DNA of 64,000 bases from Mizuhopecten yessoensis (lineage: Eukaryota): positions 1,659,773 through 1,723,772 of the forward strand of contig NW_018480077.1 in assembly GCF_002113885.1 (NCBI RefSeq). The letters run 5' to 3'. Shown piece after piece: positions 9,201 through 39,400 of this stretch. The translations under genes and the position numbers were made by a program. Position 1 is the stretch's first letter. Every line of letters starts with the position of its first letter. The notes under the pieces were generated by a model. It did no database searches. It worked only from the letters and a program-made list of their open reading frames with translations, and was not told where the DNA came from.

Positions 9201-11494
9201 ACATTTATATTGAGATTCCTGGAACCACTATGGTTAACGTAATTAAGTGCAGTAGATATTGTGGTATACAAACACCGTACCTCTAATATACCAGTGTTTT
9301 CATTCTATACCTAAATTGGTGTCTACCACTTTTACCTAATAAACCTCAATGTTGTGTGATCATCAAATGTGTGGTAATTTGAGTGATAAAGTGTTTATCG
9401 GGATTAAGAGCTATGTTAAATTCATCACTATTCCTCTCATCTCCGCAATGAAAATACAACTGAGTCGGCTCTATTTCTTAACATTGTACAAGCTATAACG
9501 TTATAGTAATTCGTTATCTGTTTTACAGGCGCATGATATCGTTATAATCATACAGCATACATGTACACCAACTGTCTGTTACTGAGTATGCGCACGTGTC
9601 CAGCTCCAAGGCTTAATAGGTTTATCATTTGCATGAAGCCAGTAAGTAATATTCAATGCACAGTTCTTACTCGCGAAAGGTATAATGTATTGAGATGCGC
9701 GGTCGGAAGGGTTTATGCAGAAAACTATAGCACTACTGTATATACACACAATCCTATGAGACACGAGAACAATCTGAGGATGACATATCCCACAGTAACA
9801 ATCACTAAATTAGAAAAGAAAATGTTGCTAACTTTCCTAAAGAATATAGCAGGATTTTGCCTCGGCATCAGAAAGCATATTTGTACCATTCAAAACACCT
9901 GGCTTTAACGAAAATGAATCTGATTTTTTTTTTTTTCATTTTTGCTTCGATTATGAAATTACCATGTCACTTTAGGGCAACATTTATATCCCCGAGACCA
10001 AACAGTCGGCCGGGAGAGAGGGGAGGGATAAAAAGGGGCAAAGATTTCCGTATTTCCTTTGTTACCCAGTCATTCTCCCAAACATCAAACTAATAACACT
10101 CTATTTTCAATTATGGATAGTATTATTATAACATAAAAATCATACAAAAATCAAACTGTAAAACTCGAAATATATGTAAACAACCTATTAACAATGTACA
10201 GATCTTTTAAACGTTGCCCATTAATAGAAACAGAGACACAAATTACAATTATATATGTCGCTGATAGAAAAGATATTGAACTATCAAAATGACTTAAAAG
10301 CATTCTAAAATTGAAGACATCGGGTTTTGTTGCCAAGATAGTTAATCATATTAGTTAATCCACGGAATTAGATTATCTAAGTCCGTGGTTAATCTCGATC
10401 AATACTCCGTAGCAATATTGGATTATGACTGATCGAGATATGGTGGGGTGCAAAACAATTTAAATTTAATCAGATGGAATAATTTTCATGCATATGCTTA
10501 AATTAATATGCTGTTATCACTGTGTACACACAAATCTATCAACCTGCAAAGTTGGCAAGAAGGGTTGATTTTGAGCGTTGTAAAAGTCCAAATTGAACGA
10601 GATATATGCTTAAGCAACATATTATTATTGATGTTGTGTAAGGAGTGAACTGAAAGCAGTTCAATAATACTTCTCATAGAAAATTCAATTACATTTAATT
10701 TATTGTTATTCAGCATTTAGTTTAAATAATGTATGTACCGTGTATGCTTGCTCAATGAATAGAACAGCCATCGCACAGGGAGGGTCAGTGGTATCCAACA
10801 ACGTAACAATTATGACGTCACAAAAATGATGACGTCAACACTCCGGTCCATGGCATTCATAGCTCAAATGAATGTCAACCGAATTTGGTAGGGTTATATA
10901 GTGGCAATGCCATACGATGGTAAATATTTGATTTTCTATCTATATAAAGATGCATTCGGTACCTTACCTGATATGAGCCTATACTACTACCCTCGTCAAG
11001 GAAGCTAAAATAAATAAACAAATAAATAAATAACAGAGAAATGCAGACTTTTATCCATGCAAAGTTTTCAACAACCTTACAAATGTAAATAATTTGACTG
11101 ACATTACAGTATTGAAAAAGAAATGACATGTCAATTTTCAGATTTAATTATGACATCACCTTGACACGCTGGAAGATGTGTATTGTTAGAGTTATCTGTC
11201 TTGAATGGCGTAAGTGAGGTGACGTCACGTCCACTTGCCACGGCGAACGAGAACTACTTTTCATCCTATAAATAAATACACATTATTGAATAAAAGACTA
11301 AAACTTGTATGATTGATTCGCAATCAATTCGCTTTTGTATATTTATGTTGAATTTTTAACATGGAATGTTTCAAATCTTTCTATATTGAAAACCGGTCAA
11401 TTGATTTTCGGGTTTATTTTCTTACAGCGGAGGAAGTTGATAAGTCTCTTAGGAAGCCATATTGAAGACATATGACGATATGTTACCTGTCCAT
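3257..11494 (-). CDS. Hypothetical 5-exon micro-gene, 56 aa (or a spliced lncRNA / 5'UTR)
   Basis: Exons 11494-11487, 11004-10968, 7843-7766, 5630-5598, 3271-3257, all joined by GT-AG introns, give a stop-free MDSFLDEGSSIGSYQVFYMCNIYQFLVAIFWKSCIVNWFRITVIGYIWEADAVTVN*. No homology recognised. Confidence 0.33.
4300..4642. repeat. Degenerate ~23-bp minisatellite ending in (TA)n
   Basis: Repeated gattgacgaaagattgaaagtat; TA run at ~4620-4642. Confidence 0.8.
4831..5406 (-). mobile_element. V-domain tRNA-derived SINE, interrupted by a second SINE
   Basis: Head GGTGGTCGGGTGGCGCAGTGG...GGTTCGATTCC (A/B boxes) and V-domain GTGGGTTTTCTCCGGGTAGTCCGGTTTCCTCCCACA. Tail at 4835-4856 matches the copy at 12281-12507. 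Confidence 0.85.
4886..5210 (-). mobile_element. tRNA-derived SINE with CORE/Nin-like centre and L2-like tail (copy 1)
   Basis: Head GGAGGCACGGTAGTCTAGTGG...GGTTCGAGTC, centre TGTATCTTTGAGCCAGATACTTTAC...CAGCTGTAAATGAGTAC, tail AAAGCGGTATATAAG...(TTA)n. Closely similar copy at 50427-50774. Confidence 0.88.
6025..6210 (-). mobile_element. Meta-domain SINE fragment
   Basis: Minus-strand ACTGGTTAACCCGTTGTCAGTATAAAGTGACTAGGCGG resembles the MetaSINE central domain. Confidence 0.6.
6220..7640. repeat. 21-bp minisatellite (~50 units), interrupted by a LINE fragment
   Basis: Unit TTGACGTAGAGTAAGTG(T/A)AC(G/A); degenerate units resume at ~7530-7640. Confidence 0.95.
7322..7529 (+). mobile_element. 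L2/CR1-group LINE ORF2 fragment (RT thumb region), frameshifted
   Basis: MEKQVNAIAKSCYYQIRNIGCIRQFLTADACKILVHSLVTPRLD, then a 4-nt insertion, then YGNALLFGISDKLTSRLQRV. Matches the L2-type 'LRNI..IR..L...SRLDY.N.LL.G...LQ.VQN' pattern. Confidence 0.85.
10361..10387. mobile_element. 27-bp palindromic mini-element with 7-bp TSD (copy 1)
   Basis: GTTAATC [CACGGAATTAGATTATCTAAGTCCGTG] GTTAATC. Confidence 0.7.
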
Positions 11495-12280
11495 GATAAA
11501 TGAAAACCGGCTGGAAATTATAATTGTTTGAATCGCTATTCAGCATATGCAGACACACAAGGGAAGACATCGTTAGATTTTGTCTAAGTGGAACGAAATA
11601 CGCCCAGCTGTCCAGATGATGCGGTATAAACATCCAAATATTTTTGCATTTTGTTTACCTGTGGTCACCCCCCCCCCCTCCTATTTCGTGATAACTTCCT
11701 AGTGTATGGTGTTGTACAGAATGAGATATCAGTTGTTGATAACAACTAACCAGTGATGTTGTTGTTATTACAGCCTTATGAGCCAATATTGATTAGTGTT
11801 CTTGTGTACTACATTCTGAAATATGGCATGAAATTTATGCAAACTTGCTTAGATGACGTTTGGGGGTGGGGCTGTGGTTTAATTGATCGGTAATGATCAA
11901 TTGACTTTGATCACCTACGATCTACAAAGGAATTTTAAAACAATAAAATTCAATATATCTTGCGTAAACGTGATTTTCAGTTGCTCATTTTGTATTTAAA
12001 ATCTCGAGTCCAGGAGAAAAAATATTTTCACTTGACAAATGTCACATGATTGAATTGAGTTTATTCAGATATTTTCTATTTGCATGTGTACTTTACAAGA
12101 ATGCATAATGATGAAGGGGTATACAATTTCGTATTTAGAATGCTATCCTACTGGTTAACTTTGAAATTTGTTAATTGCCCAACCTTTCTTTTCATGTAAG
12201 TAGTGTAACATTAGTGCAGGCAAATTCACCACCCTGTGATGAAAATGCCATATCATGTCAGAACGCATAAATATAAACAT

Positions 12281-12507
12281 TATATATTTTACAACAATTA
12301 TGAAACAAGTTATGTCAACTTATGTTAATCACTCTTGTTGGCCCGGATGTTAGGGGGTCTTAGTGTGGGAGGAAACCGGAATACCCGGAGAAAACCCACA
12401 TGGTCAGGCAGGTGACCCCATACCCTTTCACGTCAGGTCGGGGAATCGAACCCTGGCCACCTTGTTGAAAGGCAAGTTCGCTACCCACTGCAACACCCGA
12501 CCACCCC
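12281..12507 (-). mobile_element. V-domain tRNA-derived SINE (uninterrupted copy)
   Basis: tRNA-like head with GGTTCGATTCC, V-domain GTGGGTTTTCTCCGGGTATTCCGGTTTCCTCCCACA, AT-rich tail. Confidence 0.88.
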
Positions 12508-13287
12508 TGTCATTATGTCATGATACACAAGATGTGAAGTAAATAATGTCACCATAGTCTTCAACACTGATAAAGCTTTCAAATATTTTCACAAGAAGAG
12601 GTATAAGAAGGGAACAGTTATGAAATATCTTTAAAACACAACATATCATATACATTTGATCTGTGCTACGGACATCTCGTCAATTAAGCTCGTTAATCTG
12701 AGGCCAGTTAGTTATTTAGTGTAAATTCACATACATACACATTGAAATACCCATATATATCTCAACGCTAATTGCAGTTAATGGTCGACTGAGCCATCAA
12801 TGCAAGTAAATTGTTTTCTACAAGTGTACTTTGGTACATGTATACAATGTACTGACGATCCAATGCGTGTTTATGGAAATGACGCTCAGAAAGATCCGCA
12901 ATTTGATAATTCTTTTTCCATTTTCATGCAATGTGTATTTAGAATACAATCAACCAGTATCATTTTTAAAGTATTGTTTGCGTCTAGCATTCAACCATCT
13001 TACAACACTTAAATTAAAATACCATCTTGAAATTTCTAGATTTATATATCTGAAAAGAATTTGTCATCAGCCTGAAAGTACTCCTGTACAATCGCATGCT
13101 GATTGTACATAGAGACAGAAGTAAGTGTACCAAAAGACCGATTTTTACATGAAAAAATAAGTACATTTACGACACATGGTCGGACAGTCTTTGTTGAATA
13201 AGTTTTCAAGTCCAAAACACCGTTTTAATTTGTCAGACGTTGACGTGCAAGACGATAGGAGATGTACATGTGACGAATTATCCAAAA

Positions 13288-13302
13288 GGCGGGGGCGGGG
13301 CG
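13288..13302. promoter_or_regulatory. Overlapping GC boxes (Sp/KLF) upstream of AP1G1
   Basis: GGCGGGGGCGGGGCG ~350 bp upstream of the candidate first coding exon, in otherwise AT-rich DNA. Confidence 0.45.
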
Positions 13303-13652
13303 ACCTTTGAAAGCCCTGGACCCTCTCATCCAGACCCGCTTTAAAATATTATGTTGGGCAGCAATTTGGAAGTTCATATTTGTTCAGGACTGGGTCTTTA
13401 TTGCGTACCATGTAAATTGACATCATCTCGGCCCATACCAGCCATCTTTCTCAAACAGCATTAATCAGTTTCTTCAAGTTACCGAAAAATAACTATCAGT
13501 TAAGAAAAGCCATGCATTTCAATGTTAATCATTGTTACACACACACATTTGGAGCTGTTCGTATCAATACGACTTGTGTAACATAAACATAAACATACAA
13601 AATTTACCATTTAAACACTTAGATTACTTGTAAATTAGTAAAATGTTTGAAG

Positions 13653-31431
<17,779 letters not shown>

Positions 31432-32257
31432 TGCCAGCTCGACAGTGTACCAGCTGCCAAATAAACTACAGGATTATTGATAAACAACAAAAGTGTGCAA
31501 ATTGGAATTCACAAGAGAGGAAATTCACTCTTGGACATTCTCCGACTCCGGTCCACAGGAGGTATCAAGTTGGCCTAACACTCACAGTTGGTCTAGGCAA
31601 CAATTTCTTCAGTCATGTGACCTTCTTGCAGGCGGGCTCTGCCTTGGTCACATTCCTTCACGGCCCGTTGTGGATATGAGACACAGAAGTCTTATAAAAC
31701 CTTCAGTGTTGCTAGTCATTCCCAGGGATCCGCGCATAAACACGATTTGCAATGTTTTATTGAAGACAACAAGAATGTTGTTTACGGAGGAGATATGGCA
31801 GAGAAGGAGATGTATTTAGCAATGTACCAATTTTTGATATTTATAAATGTGCTAGGAGCCATCTGTGGTGTATTTTGGTCCTGTTCCAGAGAGAAAGGGT
31901 GTTGAATGAAAGGCTGTGAGAAGTATACAGTGATCAGACCACGAGTAGGACCATTTACCTCCAACATACACATGGGATTCGTTTTATTGTCAGTTAATAT
32001 AAAATGCATTATTTTTTCCAAAGAAAAATACAGTATTTAGTTAGATGTTACAAGTCTTAAAGAAAAATAAATGTCTTCCTGAAGTCTTTCACCTGAAGAA
32101 ATGCTTTATGTTCTTTGATTGGTTGTACCTTTATAGTAAATGACGGATACAAAAAATATGATGGGAACAATTTTTTACATGGTAATGTAAAGACGTACAA
32201 TTCTGGATGAATCCTGATTTTAGATATATATATTGAACTACTCTATGTGTATCATTG

Positions 32258-32348
32258 TTAACCCTTTCACCCCTAGGTAACTTTAGTAGACTCTACCATA
32301 CATTTATATGGACGAGTCCATTATGGTCTACAGTGGTGAAAGGGTTAA
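32258..32348. mobile_element. MITE family B, inverted orientation, in the presumed AP1G1 3'UTR
   Basis: TTAACCCTTTCACC...GGTGAAAGGGTTAA with the interior reverse-complemented relative to the other copies. Confidence 0.88.
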
Positions 32349-35300
32349 ATAAGAAAATGTAACGGGTGAACCCTACAGCTGCTCACTGTCCTGGATGTAT
32401 TGGGGAGCTACCTGTTCAGTATTCGGGTCTGATCGTGACGTACAAGAGAGGAATAGTGATGAAGACTAATTATTTTACCTAGTGCTATAAAGTGATACTT
32501 TCATCTTTGATCTTGCTTTGTCCAGTCCTGATCACAGTGAAGAATAGTTCTTTGTTTTGTTCACCAAATGTATCTCATATTATAATTGTAAACATTTGGA
32601 TTGTGAGGCGACACTGAACACGAGAGTACATAGGTAATATAAACAGTCGAGGGTTTCTTTCTCGGTACACAAATGTAATATATTTATTGTGTGCGACAAA
32701 TATGTAAATGTAGTCATTGTTACATGTCTTACACCACACTGATCATGTAATATCATTATTTAAGTCCGTCAAAATTTGTACTGGCTATGGATAGCTACTG
32801 GTAATTTGAATCAAGGGGGAAAATGTAGTCGAACCATTTAATAACAGTTATCACGATCGGCAAAAAAAGAGTGCAGTTTCAGTATTTTGAACAATCAATT
32901 CACCTGTTGAAAACAATGCTCAATATCAAATTTTCTGGTCAAATGCAAATCATTGAATCATGATCATGATTATGTATTTAACTTGAACATATGTAGGTCT
33001 ATTTAATAGCACAAAAGCTGATGCAATGTACATGCACATACTGTGAACATAGATTGTGATGCTCATATGTTTCCACAGAAATTTTCTCCAATGTGTAAAA
33101 TTAACTACTAAGGAGAGAGAACAATTATCACATTTACAGTATACATGTCTGAAGCAAAACTAGCAATAAAGCTATTAAACTTAAATTTTTAAAGATCAGT
33201 TGGGTTAGACAGGATATCTGATTGAGTTAATATTATACAAAGTTCAACTGTATTTGTTTCAGTAACATTTGACACTTTGCTATAAAATACAAACAAAAAA
33301 TGTGCAAAATGTGGATTTATGTTAATTAACCTGTAAGTAAATGGCAGGACATGTACAAATGGGTGATTTAAGAGGTGACTGGTTACAGCTGGAAATAATG
33401 GGTTTCAATTTCCAGAGGTCATGTGTTTAGAGGTCATGTGTTTAGAGGTCATTAGATAGACTTGGTACCTAGAACCATGTGAACATTTGGCTGTGTGGTG
33501 CTCACCTTGATGCACATTAAATATTTGTGTCCTTAGGACGTTAGAAGTTTGTTTTGTTTTACATACCATATTAAAGGTTAAAAACCTAAAGAGGCTAAAT
33601 CTGAAATATCAATGGCAAAAGAGTGTTTGTTACTGAAAAACTACTTGAAATATTGTGGATCTTTGTCTGTAAAAGCTTGGGGTTTTCTAAATGGTCAACA
33701 CACACAGGAAACATGAGTTTAGGTACAGTGAATACAAATTTTAAATAAAATGTTCATGGACGTATGAATTTCTGCATGAAATCAAGTATATGAAGTGTTC
33801 CAAAGAGTACATGTATACATCTATATGTATTTATTACGTTAGGGAACACATAGAGTGGCAGGGTACAGTGTATAGCCGTAGGATGACTAAACTTTTCTTA
33901 GACCTTTGAATGAATTGCATGTCTATAAAATAGTTGAAGAATACCACGATTGACTGAGCAGTATATGTTCATCTCGAGAACGAGTTTAATGATTTACCGG
34001 TACTTTTCAGAACTATTAAATGTACGAATACGAGAATCACAATTTCAATGCTGAATTTTAATGCAAAATTTTGGACGAAATTAGCTAGTTAACATTTTAT
34101 AGTGAAGATATCTACATTCATAGAGATGTCCACAGTAGTACTAGTGTGTAAAGAAATCTACAACAACTAAGATCTGACCAGGTCAGGTATCAAAGGTTAA
34201 AATTCAACCGTCTTATCCTATTGTCATCTAAACCTGTAGCACAAGTCATAAAACTCGACAACTTCTATGTACGTGATAATTTTGATCTTCTGTCATTTAT
34301 GATTTCTAATGAACAATGTATGATTCTATGCATTTGTGTTGATCATGATCATCTGCATAATTGTGTTTTCATTGTGATGGACGATTCAGGTTTGCAGAAT
34401 TTGCGGTAACTATATAAATGCATTGTCGTGATATGGTCAAATATGTGTTAAATTTTGGTGTTAAATAAAATTTTAAACCAAGTCCAGCAAAACCCCATTA
34501 TTTCTCCAACTTTTGTTCTGGTGAAGTTTTGGCATTCTAAAGGGTTTTGCTATACTTTAGGGGAAATGTGAGGAAAAAGGAAAAGGTGACCTTAAAATAT
34601 AGCAGTACATAAGGCGTCAGACAAAACAGGCATTAAGAATTCACTGTGGTTTATCAAAGACTTGTCTACACAAGCAAAATTGAAATTCATATTGCTGAAA
34701 ATTTGAGGCTATCAAATCCCATGGGAATTAAGTAAATGGAATTTTTGTTTATGTATAAAAGGCAGTTTACAAGACTTGAAGTGTATGTTTGCAGAATAAA
34801 GTTGTACGGTGAATCTGATGTATGATTAAATGGTTAAGATTGATTAGGAACCCTTGACTAGGATGCATCAATGCTGCGGAAATAAGTCATCCCTATCGCT
34901 TTATTATTGATGCTTAGTTGGTCAACAACCAATGCATACCTAGGACCATTACATGATGTTGATGTATGTAAGACAGAAGTGCTAAGTGTACTGAAGGAGC
35001 GTGTAACAATGTTGTCAGGGCTAGTTTTTGTCCATGTTTAATTGAGTATGAATTAACATAAAGGCTTTCAATATTTTGCTCATTCATTTGAAAATTCAAA
35101 TAGTGCATATGCATGAAACAAAAATCTTTAAGTGTGTCCTTGTGATGCATAATTTGAAAGTGTTAAACAGTATGAAACTAGGGGAGAATTATCTCTGCGT
35201 CCTGCTTCTGTATGTAGATAACTCTTGAAGTAGACAGTAGTAATAATGAAAGTTCAACACAATAATGGGATTGTAATATATAATCAATTAAACTCCTTGA

Positions 35301-35429
35301 GGTTATAATTATAGATTTGTTTGGGTTAAAATGGATTAGACATGTTACCAGTGACTACAGAGACTGTTCCAGGTTAAATATATAAGCAGTCTTCTAGGGA
35401 TGTGGGTATATTATTGACAGTGCAGGTTG

Positions 35430-35902
35430 TGTGGCTTCCATGGCTTCACCAGTACGTCAGCTACACCAGTATGTCGGCTACACCAGTACGTGAAGTACTC
35501 GTGGCTTCACCAGTACGTCGGTTACTCGTGGCTTCACCAGTACGTCAGCTACTCGTGGCTTCACCAGTTCGTCGGCTACTCGTGGCTTCACCAGTACGTC
35601 GGCTACTCGTGGCTTCACCAGTACGTCTGTTACTCGTGGCTTCACCAGTACGTGGCTACTCGTGGCTTCACCAGTACGTCGGTTACTCGTGGCTTCACCA
35701 GTACGTTGGCTACTCGTCGCTTCACCAGTACGTCGGTTACTCATGGCTTCACCAGTACGTCGGTTACTCGTGGCTTCACCAGTACGTCAGCTACTCGTGG
35801 CTTCACCAGTTCGTCGGCTACTCTTGGCTTCACCAGTACGTCGGTTACTCGTGGCTTCACCAGTACGTCGGCTACTCGTGGCTTCACCAGTACGTCAGCT
35901 AC
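35430..35902. repeat. 27-bp minisatellite (~17 units)
   Basis: Unit GTGGCTTCACCAGTACGTCGGCTACTC. Confidence 0.95.
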
Positions 35903-36496
35903 TTGATAAATAACATGATTCCTATGTACAATTAAAAGTCCATGGTTCTTTTTTAGGATTTAATGATGCATCATGACAAATTTATTTGAATTAAACACAC
36001 GCTTTTGTATTTTTCATCAAGATACAGCTTATGAATTATAGTGATTGTTTGGTGGTGCTAAATTCTTGCTGTGTCTGGATGAATCATGATGATTAAGCAA
36101 TTTCCAATTTAGAATTGAAAAGAACTGTTAACGTTTTAAAAAAAAAAGAAAAAATGGAAAGGTGCAGTGAACATTTATATTTCAGAGATACAAGAGTTCT
36201 AGATGTTTTATACATGTATATTGGTACCCTTCTTGTATGTTTTCAAAAATAAATATTTAAAAAAAAATATGTTAACTTGTAAACACAACAAGCTTCAGAA
36301 CTAAAATGTTCACACACCAGGCCTACTTGAATATAGGTAAAATCTATGTATATCTACTCAACTGTAAACAAATCCATTCTATTTATCATTACATGTCTTG
36401 TATCTCACATTGTTATTGATTTCATCTTTTTTGTTACATTCATCTCGGCTGTAATTGATTAAACAGAACAAAGCAGTCCAAGGTGTTGTTGTTATA

Positions 36497-39400
36497 CTTA
36501 ACCAATGATGTAGCTCAACAGTACCGATACAGCTCTGACTTAATGCTGCACCAATGATGTAGCTCAACAGTACTGATACAGCTCTGACTTAATGCTGCAC
36601 CACTGATGTAGCTCAACAGTACTGATACAGCTCTGACTTAATGCTGCACCACTGATGTAGCTCAACAGTACTGATACAGCTCTGACTTAATGCTGCACCA
36701 CTGATGTAGCTCAACAGTACTGATACAGCTCTGACTTAATGCTGCACCACTGATGTAGCTCAACAGTACTGATACAGCTCTGACTTAATGCTGCACCACT
36801 GATGTAGCTCAACAGTACTGATACAGCTCTGACTTAATGCTGCACCACTGATGTAGCTCAACAGTACTGATACAGCTCTGACTTAATGCTGCACCACTGA
36901 TGTAGCTCAACAGTACTGATACAGCTCTGACTTAATGCTGCACCACTGATGTAGCTCAACAGTACTGATACAGCTCTGACTTAATGCTGCACCACTGATG
37001 TAGCTCAACAGTACTGATACAGCTCTGACTTAATGCTGCACCACTGATGTAGCTCAACAGTACTGATACAGCTCTGACTTAATGCTGCACCACTGATGTA
37101 GCTCAACAGTACTGATACAGCTCTGACTTAATGCTGCACCACTGATGTAGCTCAACAGTACTGATACAGCTCTGACTTAATGCTGCACCACTGATGTAGC
37201 TCAACAGTACTGATACAGCTCTGACTTAATGCTGCACCACTGATGTAGCTCAACAGTACTGATACAGCTCTGACTTAATGCTGCACCACTGATGTAGCTC
37301 AACAGTACTGATACAGCTCTGACTTAATGCTGCACCACTGATGTAGCTCAACAGTACTGATACAGCTCTGACTTAATGCTGCACCACTGATGTAGCTCAA
37401 CAGTACTGATACAGCTCTGACTTAATGCTGCACCACTGATGTAGCTCAACAGTACTGATACAGCTCTGACTTAATGCTGCACCACTGATGTAGCTCAACA
37501 GTACTGATACAGCTCTGACTTAATGCTGCACCACTGATGTAGCTCAACAGTACTGATACAGCTCTGACTTAATGCTGCACCACTGATGTAGCTCAACAGT
37601 ACTGATACAGCTCTGACTTAATGCTGCACCACTGATGTAGCTCAACAGTACTGATACAGCTCTGACTTAATGCTGCACCACTGATGTAGCTCAACAGTAC
37701 TGATACAGCTCTGACTTAATGCTGCACCACTGATGTAGCTCAACAGTACTGATACAGCTCTGACTTAATGCTGCACCACTGATGTAGCTCAACAGTACTG
37801 ATACAGCTCTGACTTAATGCTGCACCACTGATGTAGCTCAACAGTACTGATACAGCTCTGACTTAATGCTGCACCACTGATGTAGCTCAACAGTACTGAT
37901 ACAGCTCTGACTTAATGCTGCACCACTGATGTAGCTCAACAGTACTGATACAGCTCTGACTTAATGCTGCACCACTGATGTAGCTCAACAGTACTGATAC
38001 AGCTCTGACTTAATGCTGCACCACTGATGTAGCTCAACAGTACTGATACAGCTCTGACTTAATGCTGCACCACTGATGTAGCTCAACAGTACTGATACAG
38101 CTCTGACTTAATGCTGCACCACTGATGTAGCTCAACAGTACTGATACAGCTCTGACTTAATGCTGCACCACTGATGTAGCTCAACAGTACTGATACAGCT
38201 CTGACTTAATGCTGCACCACTGATGTAGCTCAACAGTACTGATACAGCTCTGACTTAATGCTGCACCACTGATGTAGCTCAACAGTACTGATACAGCTCT
38301 GACTTAATGCTGCACCACTGATGTAGCTCAACAGTACTGATACAGCTCTGACTTAATGCTGCACCACTGATGTAGCTCAACAGTACTGATACAGCTCTGA
38401 CTTAATGCTGCACCACTGATGTAGCTCAACAGTACTGATACAGCTCTGACTTAATGCTGCACCACTGATGTAGCTCAACAGTACTGATACAGCTCTGACT
38501 TAATGCTGCACCACTGATGTAGCTCAACAGTACTGATACAGCTCTGACTTAATGCTGCACCACTGATGTAGCTCAACAGTACTGATACAGCTCTGACTTA
38601 ATGCTGCACCACTGATGTAGCTCAACAGTACTGATACAGCTCTGACTTAATGCTGCACCACTGATGTAGCTCAACAGTACTGATACAGCTCTGACTTAAT
38701 GCTGCACCACTGATGTAGCTCAACAGTACTGATACAGCTCTGACTTAATGCTGCACCACTGATGTAGCTCAACAGTACTGATACAGCTCTGACTTAATGC
38801 TGCACCACTGATGTAGCTCAACAGTACTGATACAGCTCTGACTTAATGCTGCACCACTGATGTAGCTCAACAGTACTGATACAGCTCTGACTTAATGCTG
38901 CACCACTGATGTAGCTCAACAGTACTGATACAGCTCTGACTTAATGCTGCACCACTGATGTAGCTCAACAGTACTGATACAGCTCTGACTTAATGCTGCA
39001 CCACTGATGTAGCTCAACAGTACTGATACAGCTCTGACTTAATGCTGCACCACTGATGTAGCTCAACAGTACTGATACAGCTCTGACTTAATGCTGCACC
39101 CCTGATGTAGCTCAACAGTACTGATACAGCTCTGACTTAATGCTGCACCACTGATGTAGCTCAACAGTATTGATACAGCTCTGACTTAATGATGTAGCTC
39201 AACAGTACTGATACAGCTCTGACTTAATGCTGAACCAATGATGTAGCTCAACAGTACTGATACAGCTCTGACCTAATGCTGCACCAATGATGTAGCTCAA
39301 CAGTAGTGATACAGCTGACTTAATGATGTAGCTCAACAGTACTGATACAGCTTTGACTTAATGATGTAGCTCAACAGTACTGAAACAGCTCTGACTTAAT

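Noticed and set aside
11397-11633. 78-aa single-exon minus-strand ORF (MFIPHHLDSW...)
   Set aside because: No homology recognised; if spliced at the 11487 donor this frame stops three codons into the next exon.
35402-35935. ORFs of 83-177 aa with 9-aa repeats
   Set aside because: Products of the 27-bp minisatellite.
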